Source: Antedon mediterranea (lineage: Eukaryota > Animalia > Echinodermata). Taken from it: a stretch of DNA of 64,000 nucleotides. The notes below the pieces were generated by a model, which saw nothing but the letters and a program-made list of their open reading frames with translations, did no database searches and was not told where the DNA came from. The position numbers and the translations under genes are program-made. The stretch spans positions 9,228,201 to 9,292,200 of the forward strand of contig NC_092670.1 in assembly GCF_964355755.1 (NCBI RefSeq). Direction: 5' to 3'. This document shows, one piece after another, positions 27,279 through 40,497 of the stretch. Every line of letters starts with the position of its first letter. Position 1 is the first letter of the stretch.

Positions 27279-30200
27279 ATGTACATGACATGTAAAATAT
27301 TAGAAAATTGGATGTAATTTTTTTTTCTTAGCTGCATAATTTAATTAAAAAATATAAAGCATTTGTCTAAATGTGTTTTTTCTGTTTATGTGCTTAGTAA
27401 CAGATAGTTTGAGATTTTAATATGTTTATTAAAGCTTTTGAACATCAGTTTGTGATGTATTTTAGATGGGTTTAGAGGATGTCGATACATTTTTTTTTTC
27501 CTTTTTTATTATTTTTTAGGCACATAGCCAACAATTTTCATTTAATGTTTCATTAATATCCTGTATACAGTGTTCACACAACAAATTTATCTTATAAGTT
27601 TCTTTTATTCATGCTTAAGAAAATATAGTAAAAAGCATAAAAATATCAATATAAAAAAGAAGAAAAGAAAGCTCAACTTAAATTTCTTTTAGAAAATATC
27701 AAGAAAATCATATAAAAGTTAATTAATATCAAACTACATAAGATGAATACAAATTGAAATAGTTAAGATTAAAGATTGAAAGTTGATTATACAAGATGTT
27801 CTACAGGTTTTAGAACAAGCCTTTTTGTCACTAGAAGACATGAACGGATTTGAACCAAGGACCATATGAGACAAGTGTTCCTATTGATTGCATCTCACTT
27901 TGCTTTAGTACTGTACAGTACATCATACATTTACTTATATTTATTATATGAGAGGCTGTGAATCCAAAAGTGACTATTATTAAACAAACAATTCCGTTTG
28001 TAGTGTTATATATTTCTAATCAATTAACGTTTTCTAGAAAATCTGAGATAGCAGGGGACGTATTTAAGACAGTTATTTCCACAATGGTTTTTGCATTGCG
28101 TACGCCTATCTCAGAATTGAACATAATTTATATACATACTATATTTTCCACTGGACTGTTTTGTAATAGATAATGATGATAGAAAATGTAGAGGTCTACT
28201 ATTGGTCTGAGCAGGTGATGCTGCTAGATTATCACATAATAATGTTGTCAATTAGAGGATGTCATTAATCTTCACAATCAAAAGCTTAACATCATGGGAC
28301 CAATACATGATCACGAAAATGTATTATGTGCCACTGGTAGATGTATTTGCATTGGGTACATCATTAAATAAAGGACAATATGATTGTCACCAGACAAGTT
28401 GTCATGGGACACATTATAGATTAATGTATTGGCGATGTATCGTTACTTTATAGTTGGGTCATGTCCTTAGCATGGTGCATGAAAGAATACAAACTATTAT
28501 ATGATGAAATATATCATGGGTGATTTTGTGTATCATGGAAGATTAGAGCATCGTGGGAGATTATTGCACCATAAGAGATTAGTGTTTATCATTGGATTAG
28601 CCAATTATTTATCACAAAAAAGTGCATGTCAATAGATGTTGGGAAAAAATGTGTTTGTCATCTTGGTTTAAAGTTGATATATTGTATAAGATTTTCAAGA
28701 GCATATAAGTAGAGGACTTGCATAGTTCATCTCTATGCCAATTATTCATTGTGAGACGAAGAAGATAGTATATGACATCGTAAAACAGTTTATTGGGACA
28801 ATAAAAGACCTTTACATACAGTCATTTTTTACATGCTTCTGTTATACAAATTAATTAGTACAATGCTATGAAAATTTCATTACCGTATTTGACCTATCAA
28901 GTATCAACAATGTGTAAGTATAATAATAATAAGTAAGGATCAGCTACAATATAATCTATAGTTTGAAACCTAATATTAATATTAAAGTTAGACAGCTCTC
29001 TGAAAGAACAGATCTTTAACCAAGACTTAAGACTTATACTAGCTAATATTTTCCAATCAAACTTTCCAATAGACATTATAGTTATAAAGGTCAGTATGAC
29101 TTCCATCTATAGGTCACATTATATAACATCATGACATAGTTATAAAGAACCCTATTAATTGTTTTACGTGAAGCATAGTCTCTAATTTTTTTTTTTTTAA
29201 TGGTTATTAGAACCAAAAAGTACTTGATTGCTGTGTAAAGATAGACCTTTTCAGAAAATTGAAGATTCAGCAGAAATATTTACTTTGCAAGTACAGAAAG
29301 ACAAACAGTAAAAATCTGAATTAAAACTTGATAAAATAATAATAATACACTTTGATTGGCAAGTTCTAGTTCATTTCAGCTGGAATATATTATTAAAATA
29401 TCAAATTTGCAATGACAATACCTTGGTTTATCCAGATCTGTGTCACGTAACATCGCCCACTCAAAAATCTCAAGTATTAATTCATCAGAATAATATATTT
29501 TTGTGAAATTAAGATGAAATTGAAATAGCAACTATGGTATCTAACATTTATCCCTTTAGTCTTCAAGCCATCTTGCAAATGCAGCGTTGTTCCAATTCTT
29601 CTAATTTTTGCTGATGTCATATTGTTGTTTTTTGTGGAAAGTCTTTGTCTAATGTTCTAGTTTTCTTCTCTAATATATAATGTCACCCTTCAGCTTTTGT
29701 GTGGATTTCCATTATCATTCCATTGCGACATTTGAATTTGTACTTTTCCAATATTTGTAAATTGTACCCTTCATCTTCTGTGTACAATATGTTTGATTCT
29801 CCTGTATGTTACTTCTTTTATCTAGTAACAATCAAGCCTTCTTATTTCATGAGTTTAAAATCTTTAATGTTAAGAATAATTAATCAAATACTATCTAAGA
29901 GTTACATGTAAAAACTTTCGTAATGAAATACTAAATTAAATCTGGTACTGTAATTGTATTTTAATTGAATGTATAAAAACAATTTTATACAATACGTGAT
30001 AATTTTCTTTAAATTATGTTTAGAAAACTGTAAAATTGATTTATACATTCTTTGTCTTAATACGGATAAACTGCAACTTTTTTTTTATAAATTATACATA
30101 ATGATATATAATACTACAAAAACACATTAAAGGCATCAAGATTCAATCTCAAAGCTATTTGAAAATGTACTTCTTATTAATACAAATGATAAGTAAGTAA

Positions 30201-31711
30201 ATTTAAACCTTCGGGAACCAATCTTGAAGATGTTTTCTTATGCCGCCCAAGATACTTAATGTACGCATAATTATCTACTTTAATCTTAATCAACTTCCTG
30301 TTGACAGAACATACGTACCATTGTCTGTATTGTGCAGTAATTATTTCAAATAATGGTATGTCAAAATAAACTGCTATAACCAGGTATAAATGAATATTAT
30401 TTTAAATTTTCTTTGTGGTAATTATTGAATTCTAACTGCCTTTAACTACAACCTTATGCGTTTGGTGTTCGCCGTTTAATGGATTTTGTCGGAGCATTTA
30501 AAAGACGTTGACACTAACTTTTCAAAAGGTTATTCACGTGTGCGAGACATTAAAATGCAAAGTAAAAAAGAAGTAGATGATTTATTTGTAAACAGTTGTA
30601 ATAGTTCAAAAGTATCAAACTTTTTTTTAAGACATCTTGAAAATCATAAAATCTTAATTATCAATTTCAATATTTTTTGGTTGATAATTTCGATATTTTT
30701 TTTTGATGAACTTTTGAATATTCACACCATCCTAAGGCCATTCAATGACATTTTTCTTGTTAAACATCATCATCTCATCTCTAAAATATAGAAAATCATT
30801 TATTAAATATGTAATGACTACTGAAAATATACAAAAAAAGTGTCACTACTATTAATGTTTTTATGTACACAGATTATTGATCTATCAATATAGTCTACTA
30901 AAGTACATTTTTTATGGCAGCTGTTTACCGATTTCTTTCTGCCATAATGTAAGATATTAAATAACAAATAACTTAAAAATTATATTATAATAAGTTAAGA
31001 CAATTTTTGTAAAAGTTTAATGACCTTAAAATTGTGATGTTCATTATACAGTACATATTCCATTGCGTGGGCATTCATAGTGAATGGTCAAACATTGTCT
31101 CACAAACATGACTGGTGACAAGGTTATTAACCTTATGAAATGTAATATTATTGACAAAAAGCTATTTATTCAAAACCACATATCTCTGCAAAACAACAAA
31201 AATCTAAAAGTGAATCTTTGTAATGAATTGGAAAAATACCACAAATAAATAATAAATAAATACAATTTTATTTATAAAACAAGAGCTATTTTCAACCTCC
31301 CTCCAGGAGTAAAAAGAGAAAGGGAATCAAGAATCATGATAATGATCCGTTGTGCAAGTCAATGTAAAACATTAAAACGGTACACCATAATATCACTACT
31401 ATGCTTTCTATTCTATTCTTTCTTTTGCCAATAAAATGACATTTAAATCTGCCACCAAATAGCAAAACATTTTAAAGTGGTACTTGTTAGATCTTCTGGA
31501 ACACTCCACTTGGAGTCTAGCAAAGAGGCCTTGAGGGGAAAAGTTAGTTAAGACAGGGAGTTTACAACTCCCTGGTTAAGATATCAATATTATTTTGTAG
31601 CAGTTGTTTTCTTTTTCTGGTAAAACAATAAGTATTTTTTGTTTTTGTTTTTGCTCTATCTATTACCATTACTATTTTGGCTTTCTTTGGGATCTTTTGT
31701 ATGCATGCTTC

Positions 31712-31830
31712 TTAAGCTTGGTCCACACTATCAAACTTTATATGACAAAAATAGGTGATGTGCCTATATATGAACATAATGATGTCATATGACTACCATA
31801 TTTGGGCACATCACACTTGTTTGTCAAATG
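31712..31830. mobile_element. MITE fragment, same family as 6598-6680
   Basis: aagcttggtccacactatcaaactttatatgacaaaa...gtgatgtgcc...tgggcacatcac, with an internal inverted repeat. Confidence 0.6.
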
Positions 31831-32989
31831 TTGTTGATGGAAAACTTTGTGGTATATCTTTTGATAGAAGATGAACATTCCTTTTTAAAAATGTCTATTC
31901 TTTCCACCATTTGTGTTGAAAGAGGAGGACCACCAGACCTGTATTAAAGCCTCCATTATTTTATATGATTTTATAGTCCATAGTGATATTACTCTGTCCA
32001 CCTCTTTTTCTCTTTGCTTCTCACACAAATAATTTCTTTCATAAATTTAAGTCTGTTGAATCAAAATTTCTTTCTAATTTTTGCTAATTCTTCACTTCAA
32101 CGTTACAGAGGTTATTTGTCTTTAATTTAAGCCTTCATTTGCTAGTTGAATGGCAGGTAGAAGAAGAATAAAAAAACCATTTGCGATCTAAGACATTTTA
32201 GTTTGATCTGCCAGGAGATAAATATGGATCAGGGGAGGATGCAGATGTCAGTGCCACAGGGGCATATGCACCACCGTTATGACAGTTAAAGTGAAATTAC
32301 AAAATACTTTTTGATATCTGTTTTTGACAAACTGTTAATATGGTATGTGTAACATATCAGATATATTTGTGTAACATTTTTAGTTGACTATTAGTAATAT
32401 AAAGCTCTGTCTACACTATCAAACTAGTTTGTGCCCAAATATGGTGGTGATCTTTTTTTTTTTGTCGGATATCGTAATTAGAGGTCCCAGTTGGAAACAG
32501 CTGTGCAGTCACTGATCTGGTCTTACCTCTAGAAGACTAATAAAAACAACATTTACGTTTTTAAAATTTACTTTACATCACAATACCGTAAAGAATTAAG
32601 CATACTGTATGATATAGATAAATTGTAATATTTAAAGAACTGTATCTGTAATCAAATAGTGCAATTTCAAATACATGGAGCAATGTAACAATTACACATT
32701 GTCTTTGTTCTAACATAATAGCAATTTATATTCTAAGTGTATGATAGCTCGCAATTAATCATGTCACCTTAATGAATATGTATTGCCACACAGTTCCTTG
32801 TTGGACCCTTTTCATCCTCATTAATCACAGACTTAACATTTATTTTGATGCAATTTTAATGGCTTGTGTAATAAAACACAGCCTTGATTATCATTTTATT
32901 TGTAGATTTGAATATTAAGCTATTGGATTGTAATGCTAAAATGTAATTCTTGCTCGTGTTATCGATGATAAAAGGTGTTGTTAACATTA

Positions 32990-33500
32990 TACTGTTTGTG
33001 AAGATAAAATGTTGACATTGAACATGTTTTAAGGTGGCTGATGAAATGTTAACACGTCTGATCATGTTTGAGAGGTGGTAAAACGCTAGTTTAAACTGTT
33101 TAAAAAAAGTTTAACATTAATGATGAAGTTTGATACATTGAAAATGATAACATTGATTCAAGGTGATTTTTGCAACATTGATATGTCTGTAGGGTGATGA
33201 AATTGTAATACTTTTTTTTGATAATTATAGGCATGAAATGATGAATGAATTAATTAATTGATACAGTAATGTACGGTATGTGAGGTAATTAATTAATTAA
33301 TTGAAATTTATAATGTTGTGGGTATAATGGAAAGGTAACATTGATGGATGGTTTATTGAAGTGAGGAAATATTAACAAAATTGATAATAATCTTTCGTAA
33401 TGTAAATTTTAACATTGGTAATATCTGTTAAAGTGATGAAATGTTAAGATGGTAGTGTCTGTTAAAGTGATAACATTTTAAAATTGATAATGTTTATACA
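32990..33500. repeat. Old degenerate minisatellite (about 36-bp unit)
   Basis: Recurrent gtctgttaaagtgatgaaatgttaacattgata-like units. Confidence 0.55.
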
Positions 33501-33980
33501 GTAAATGTGGTGTAAAAAAATAAGCGAAAGAGACAATATAAATAAATATTCTTTAAAAAATTATCAAAATCTACTCCAATCGTGATTAAATACATTTAAT
33601 CAACATATAATCACTCCATATTTGGTACAAATTTCACTGTTTAACAATTGTTTGTTAGTTTTTTGATAACTATGTCACTGTAAAAAATAAAATATAGCGA
33701 AGACTAAAGATTCACAAATAATGATATGTAGGACTTGATTGAAACTTCTAGAGAAACGAACATTAAAACTAATCTGTCCATGTCTCCTAAACTCTTTCAG
33801 CCTCTTCTGATGCATATATCTCCTATTGCTGTCACTTACCAGGGTTATTTTGAATCTTTGAAATTACTAGTCATATAACCTGAAACCCTAGTGGTCATAC
33901 TTTTAAATCTAAGTCATTTTGCAAGACTTATCTCTTCTAAACTAACTACTTAGATATATATTTTGTTCTGTTTTAAACAG

Positions 33981-34048
33981 GTATACTCGCTGATATTAAT
34001 CAATATGAAAACTTAGGATTACAGGCTTATACTGTATAGTTTTCCGAA
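33981..34048 (+). CDS. Candidate alternative exon (68 nt, phase 1-0) with an in-frame stop at 34037-34039
   Basis: Strong acceptor ttttgttctgttttaaacag| and donor GAA|gtaaga (34049). Same length and phases as exon 36823-36890. In the host frame it reads (G)ILADINQYENLGLQAYTV*FSE. AATAAA lies at about 34054. Confidence 0.5.
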
Positions 34049-34120
34049 GTAAGAATAAAGAGATTTTTTTCTTTTATTAGTCGAATTTATTGACTTAATA
34101 TTTCTTGTTTTTTTCTAAGA

Positions 34121-34275
34121 TTTTTTTTACTGCTTTGTGTATTACTACAAATGTAGTAAGGGTTTGTTTTTCTTGTATTTTTTTAAGTATGGCATTTTTT
34201 TACTGCTCTGTGTATTATTCATGAACTACAAATGTAGTAAGGTTTGTTTTTGTTTTTTTTTTTAATATGGCATTT
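34121..34275. repeat. Tandem duplication (about 70-80 bp x2)
   Basis: ttttactgctYtgtgtatta...actacaaatgtagtaagg...tatggcattt occurs twice. Confidence 0.8.
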
Positions 34276-36822
34276 TAATGTCACATACTATTTATTATAT
34301 TCACTTTGACCAAAAATTAGAAAAAAATATATATATATTTACCTGAAAAAAACTAATTGAAAGCAAAAATATCATTGAATGACTTTTTGGTTAAATTTAA
34401 CAGTTTATTTAGTCGTTTTATACTTGAAATAATTATTTATTTTTTTATGAAAGGAAATAACTGACTACAAAATGGCCTACAGTATATTCAAAGTCAGTTT
34501 TTAGGAGACAATACAATTTTAGCATTTCTAAACAGATTTTTTTTTTATTACCATATTATTCATCAACAGAAAAATAAAATAGACAACTATGATCATCATC
34601 ATATAATAATGCATATTTCAATTCATAACACTGAAATCTCAACCTAATATGAAGCACTAAATGAGAATTGATAAATCTACTTTAAAAGAATGGAGATAAA
34701 TATAAAATACATTATTTAAAAAATTCAGTGTTTTCATTTTCAATTTGTAATATAGTAATAGTGGATGACTATATACTACTAGGAGATTTTTTGATTTCAT
34801 ATAAATCATATTTTCAAATATTCAGATTTTTAACATATATGATATTAGATTTATTTATTTACTGTTGGAAAATCATTTTAATTTTGGATGGCTTTTTAAG
34901 GGAGAACAAGGAATGAAGATTAATGTATTGACTCAGTGTAAACAAGAATATTTGTTGGGAAAGTTCCCCGACAGTGAAATTCCTTGAATTACCTTCCTAT
35001 AATGGCTACGCATAATTTCTTATTGTAGTTTTTTTTCTTATTTGTTTTGTTTTTACTTTGAACAATTGAATTATAAACATAATTAAGACTTTTGTACAAA
35101 TTACTTAGTATTATCTTAAGTTGTCAATATTTGTTTTTATCTAAAAAAAAAAATTAAATTTTACATTTGTTTCCAACTTTTTAATCATTTTATTGTATTG
35201 CACTTTTTTTCTTTTCATAAAAAAAGAACAAATCAATCTTAGACAAAAATTGATATTAAAAAGTGTCAAAATGATGAATATGTTCTTTTATTTACCTGTA
35301 GGTGCTTATACCTTTGATAGAGAGTATTTTCAATATCTGACACATTGTGCCGTAGATTTAAAGTTAATATTAATAATTTTTGCAACTTAAAATCAGTATT
35401 CATTGAAAACACTATAAGGTGTTTTATAGAGAAAAAATGGGACTATAAAGAACTTGACTTTAATATTAAGTTTAGAATTGCATCTTACATTGTTTTTGTC
35501 TTTTTTATGGCATTTTTTCTTCTTCTTTTTTGACCTGTAACCCTTTAAGTTAACTTTCTTTCTGTAAAGGATCTAGTCCAGTCCCATTATTGTATACTTT
35601 TTATATATATGCAGATTCAATGTTTAATATTTTTTGATATTCTACATAGGAATTAAGAACTGTGTAGGTGTGAAATCTAATAAGTATAACCAATTTTTAC
35701 TTTAAGTTACATTGTTCTATATTAGCAAACATAAGACTAATTGGCCATTTTGTGAAATGTTTTCTTTTTTCCTATTTTAATGGACTAATATGTTATATTT
35801 ACAATTGAGATTTCAAAGATACTTTAGAGGGTAATATTTAACCTTTACAATTTATGCCATTGCTGTGTTTTGTTTCTCTCTTGCTGTATTTCTATGTTAT
35901 TGTCTTTTGATCTATTCATTTTCTCCTTTCTGTTATTTCTGTGCCTTAAGGTAGCATTATCCAAATCTGTTGATGTTTTAACCTGTTCTGATTCTTGCTT
36001 TTATTGTTTTCAAACACTTTAGTCATGATACAGAGTCTCATTTATTGGGGTATAATAGCTTGATATAAAGTGCGACTACTACATGTATTGAAAAATACTA
36101 GTCTATTGATACATAATTCTAGTTTCTCAATGCAACGTTCGAATAAGCAAATCAGTAGCTTTTAACATACACATTTAAAGTTGTGCGAGTTCCTACAGCA
36201 TATACAGTCCAATAAATATATTATGGTCAAAAAGCATCCATGTTTTTATTTAACTCTTTGGTTCAATTTTGTTAAAACTCTCCTAATTGACTATCTTTAT
36301 CTATTCTTTCTTTATCTCCATTCTCAAAAAACATAAATAGCATAATATAGAATAATACAAAGAGAAAAAAAAGAATGAAAAGGAGGAATCTCAGAAGCAT
36401 AGCTTCAACCTACAGGTTTTGATACAATGGAGTTTTAATTAAAATCATTCTAACATCATGAAGAATAGAAGTACTGTACACATATAAGTTATAGTCAATT
36501 ACCTTGACGTCTTTATGTAAATGAAGTCCTCCATTCATTCTGCTAAATTAACTAAACTTCATTGATTATCAAATCTCATTATCTTGGAATCAATACAGAA
36601 TTTGAGATAATCTTGCCAGTTTTTAATAAACAATGTCATAAATATCCCATAATGCAATTCAAATCATGATGTTTGATATTTTTTTAACATTAATATTTCA
36701 ATCATTTAATTTTGTTCTTATTTTTCGGATTTACTGACCTTATTTTGAGGGTTCTCCTTGTTCCCTCTAGGAAATTACTTATTGATTCGATAACGTTATT
36801 GTGTTTGCGTTTCTGTTTTCAG

Positions 36823-36890
36823 CACAACTTGGAGTGGAATTGCACAAGAGACTAGGCCCAACAATCAGAATGACAGGTGCAGGATCTGGG
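36823..36890 (+). CDS. PTPRN2: Coding exon (68 nt, phase 1-0), end of the SEA-like domain
   Basis: Acceptor tgcgtttctgttttcag|, donor GGG|gtgagt. Reads (A)QLGVELHKRLGPTIRMTGAGSG, comparable to IA-2 GLVKSELEAQTGLQILQTGVGQ. Phase is compatible with exon 19465-19541. Confidence 0.85.
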
Positions 36891-37597
36891 GTGAGTTACT
36901 TAAATATTTATTCATCATATACTATATTTTATTATTATTATTATCATATTTAACCATGCATAATGTAAAGGATCAAGTGGTTATCAACTTCTAAAGTTTC
37001 ATTGTGATTCTTATTTTGATTGTGGAGATGATTTAAACTATGGTTTGATTACGCCACATATTTAACTACGGCAGTTATTTAGTTGTTATGCTTACTCAAC
37101 CATGATGCTTATTTGTGGTGCTTACTTAATTATTATGTTATTATTTTAACTGTTGAGAATATTTAACTGTAGCAGTTTTCTTACAATCGTCCCTACTGTT
37201 AATACCATTATGCACAATCATTTTGTTTTGTTTTTTAGTTTTCTTTTTAAAGTTTACCATTAAAGATTATTATTCATTATTTGAACAGTGTATATTAGTA
37301 TTACTGTATCCCAAATAGAATTAATTAATTATGATTGAAATAAATTGCTTGTTTTTTTTTTCAACACCATTTTATTTTATTTCTATACAATGTGTGAAAC
37401 AATCAAATTCAAAATAATATTTTATGTAAATTAAATTAGAATTTATCTGAAAATTTAAAAAAAATTATGAAGCATGTATAAATACATCGGTTTTGATTTA
37501 TCTAAATGTAATGTTTTATGATAAATACAAATCACGGGTTGTGTTTGTCAAGTGAGCCCTCTATAGTTGATTGATGGATATATGTTTTTGCATCTAG

Positions 37598-37619
37598 GGT
37601 GTGGCACGCCGGCCAGCTG
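37598..37619 (+). CDS. PTPRN2: Probable 22-nt microexon (GVARRPA, phase 0-1) in the juxtamembrane stalk
   Basis: GC-rich island bounded by tgtttttgcatctag| and CTG|gtaagt. Phase-0 start matches the end of exon 36823-36890, and there is no stop. Confidence 0.6.
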
Positions 37620-40138
37620 GTAAGTAGAGAAGAATAATAGAATAAACTACCAAGCGGTGGGTTCTCGCAATCCTAGTCATAACTTAGAATACATTAGCTC
37701 TGTTTACTTACCGTCGATTATTTTTTTATCAATGCTGAGGATAATTATTAACACGACCATACAGGTTGCCTTAATGTGATGCGTTTTTAAGTGAAAGTGT
37801 TATTTCAACCGTTAATGATAACGGTAAATTGGAAAAAATATCCATAATAATTAAGTATTTCTTTATTGCAGAGTTCAAATTGTTCCTGTGAGAATAAGTT
37901 AATAATACTAAGCATTGTTTCTATGATATTCATTACAACATTGTACATATTGTTTTGCATACATGCTGATTTTAGACAACCATACTCAACTCCTACGCAT
38001 TAAAAATCTGAATTGTGATTTCATCTTTCATAGATTTATAATTTCATGAGCTTTTATTATAAATTTTTATATAAATTTGAAAATTGTTTTAAGTTTAAAT
38101 TTACTATGTGGTTTTGAGTTAAAATATGGTTTTCAATATGAATTTTTTTGTTTGTATACCTAGTATTAAATTAAACTTATTTTTTTATATTTCATTTTTT
38201 GTAGATGATATATGTTATTATGTTTATGAATAATTTTCAAGGGAGATTAGTTTAGTAGTTTAATGTCTTATGAAATGAACCACTGCCTCTGTGATTGCGG
38301 CGCAATTAACTTTAGGTCTATTATGACACAGAAATTCTGGTGTATCATCATTATCATCATCGTCATCATCATATCATTTATTCAACAATATGTAGGCCAC
38401 TGGTCAATAGTAGATAATTCATTTATACATACAATTAAATTAAGTAGTATAGCAAGATAATTATTTGTCTTTTTATTTGTGAAAAAAGCAAATCTTACCA
38501 ACCAGGTTTATTGATTATTTTTTTGTATCATAAAATTTACTAATCATTTTACAGCAAGAAAAAAGCCAGTCTTTAGGATTTCATTCCGCAAAAATTTCCA
38601 AAAAAATGGCCCCTAATAGATTGATTATGTGATACTTTAGATCATATACTACAGATAATTGATCTCAAGTCTTTTCATAATTTTTTTCTTTATCCCTTCA
38701 ATGTAAAATAGATTATAATTTCAGTAACCTCATGTAATGTGAGTTGTTGTGTTGACATTAACATTAATTTTAACATAATTGAAATTTGACCACACTAAAG
38801 CTTAATTTTCTATCACAAATTTAAGTAAAAATCTTTTCATAATTTATTTCTTTATCTCTTCAATACATGTAAAATATATTAAAATTAAAATTTCAGAAAA
38901 GAACTTTAATGCATATTGCATTCAGTTTAATGAAATATACTAATACCGAAAATATTTATTATATTATTTTTTTATTAATATATTTTAATTTTTATATAAT
39001 CAAAGGAAAATTACTGAAAAAATGTCATTGCTGTCGGTGAATGGATCTCAATGGAGATACGAAATAAAATAAGCAAAAAACTAAATCAAATCAATAAAGT
39101 AAAAACAGCCAAAAAAAAATGCAGAGCTTTTGAGAAACACAGCCCTTCCTCGGTGCAGTTTTAATTTTTTTTGTTATATATATTCAGGAGGGAATGATTT
39201 ATTTTTCATTTCAAGGCCTATTTATTTTGGTTTCAATTCAATGTTCCATGAAACATATGCCTTAGGTTTTAAAAGAATTTTATGTGCATAAATTTGCATG
39301 ACATTTAATATGTATTTATATATTTTCTAATTTCTGATTTAATGTAATTTTCTTTGTACAGTTGAAAATTATCAAAATTCTTTAAGATTCTTTAAAAAAA
39401 ATGTATATCTAAATTATAAAGTTGCTCAACATTATCAACCATGTAAGATAGATTGTTATAATCATGGTTACAGTACATGAAGCTAATAGAATACAGAACT
39501 ATAATTTGAACTTTCGTATTAAAACTTTAAGATCCATAATTAGCACTGATCAGAATATCAATGTTTAATAGAGGTTTTTCTGTATATCTGGTTTGCATCT
39601 TATCAAAATCATGCCACGTGATAAAATTTTTTTTTTGTTAGAAGAATAAGATGTGGTTTATATTAGTGATTTTCTTTCCAAATTGGTTTGTTGATTTGTA
39701 TGTTTGTGAATGTATTTTTGATGTTAGTAATTCCAACTAAATAGTCTGCAACATTTAAAATGGTATTACAGTTTATTTCTATGTAAATTGTGTTGGTAAA
39801 AATCAATGTTTAAATAAAGTGAAATACAGTACAATTACCCAACAAAGTGTCCCCGTAGAGATGTCATTTGGGAGCATGAGGCTGGTTCTCCATCCCTGAG
39901 ACATTTTCAATTAAGTTTCCATATGAGTTGTTGATTTATAAGATAGTTTAAGTTGAAATTCACTCTTTGATTCAAAAGGCGCAGAACTTCCGACTGCACT
40001 ATTCACAAGATGAAGTACAAAATTTGCATAACAATTGATATGAAAGAATGTGAATAGGTTGGCAGGTGTAAGTCCACCTGTAGTGTCAGCTCTTTGGTTC
40101 AGGTTGAATATGACTAATATAAGATTAGCACCTGCCTT

Positions 40139-40227
40139 CAGTCAATATACCTAATGAAGGGTCTAATTAACGACTGAGAATATATGACAGTACATGGTAC
40201 CATATAAGTCGAGGAGCTTATTGATTG
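40139..40227 (+). ncRNA. Decayed type I hammerhead ribozyme-like fold within a repeat remnant (about 39840-40230)
   Basis: Order: stem I (cagtcaata), CTAATGA, stem II (ggtc/gact), GAGAA, stem III (tatatg/catata), GTC, stem I' (tattgattg). The core deviates from CUGANGA/GAAA. Confidence 0.45.
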
Positions 40228-40344
40228 TACAAAGACAATAAAAGCAAAAAATCATAATGATGTATTCAAAAGTAATGCTAATTTTATCCACTCCTCTTTC
40301 AAGGAGTGTATAGTAGGCTAGCTACATTGTGTTTTGTAAACTAT

Positions 40345-40497
40345 AGCTTAGTTTCCACTTGGATTCAACGGAAAGATATAAGCACACCATATACTATAAA
40401 GCAAATTTAACAATCATGATGTTAAGGATTGTCAGGCTGTCACTTGTGTTCAACTCAGTTACGTTGCACCTACGATCCTCCATGTGGAAACCAAGCT
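40345..40497. mobile_element. Complete small PIF/Harbinger-like MITE
   Basis: TIRs agcttagtttccac / gtggaaaccaagct, with a 3-bp direct repeat TAT on both sides. A related decayed copy lies at about 50069-50205. Confidence 0.7.

Noticed and set aside
29540-29830. Reverse transcriptase remnant on the minus strand
   Set aside because: Only a faint resemblance to the region after the FADD motif. Too decayed to call.
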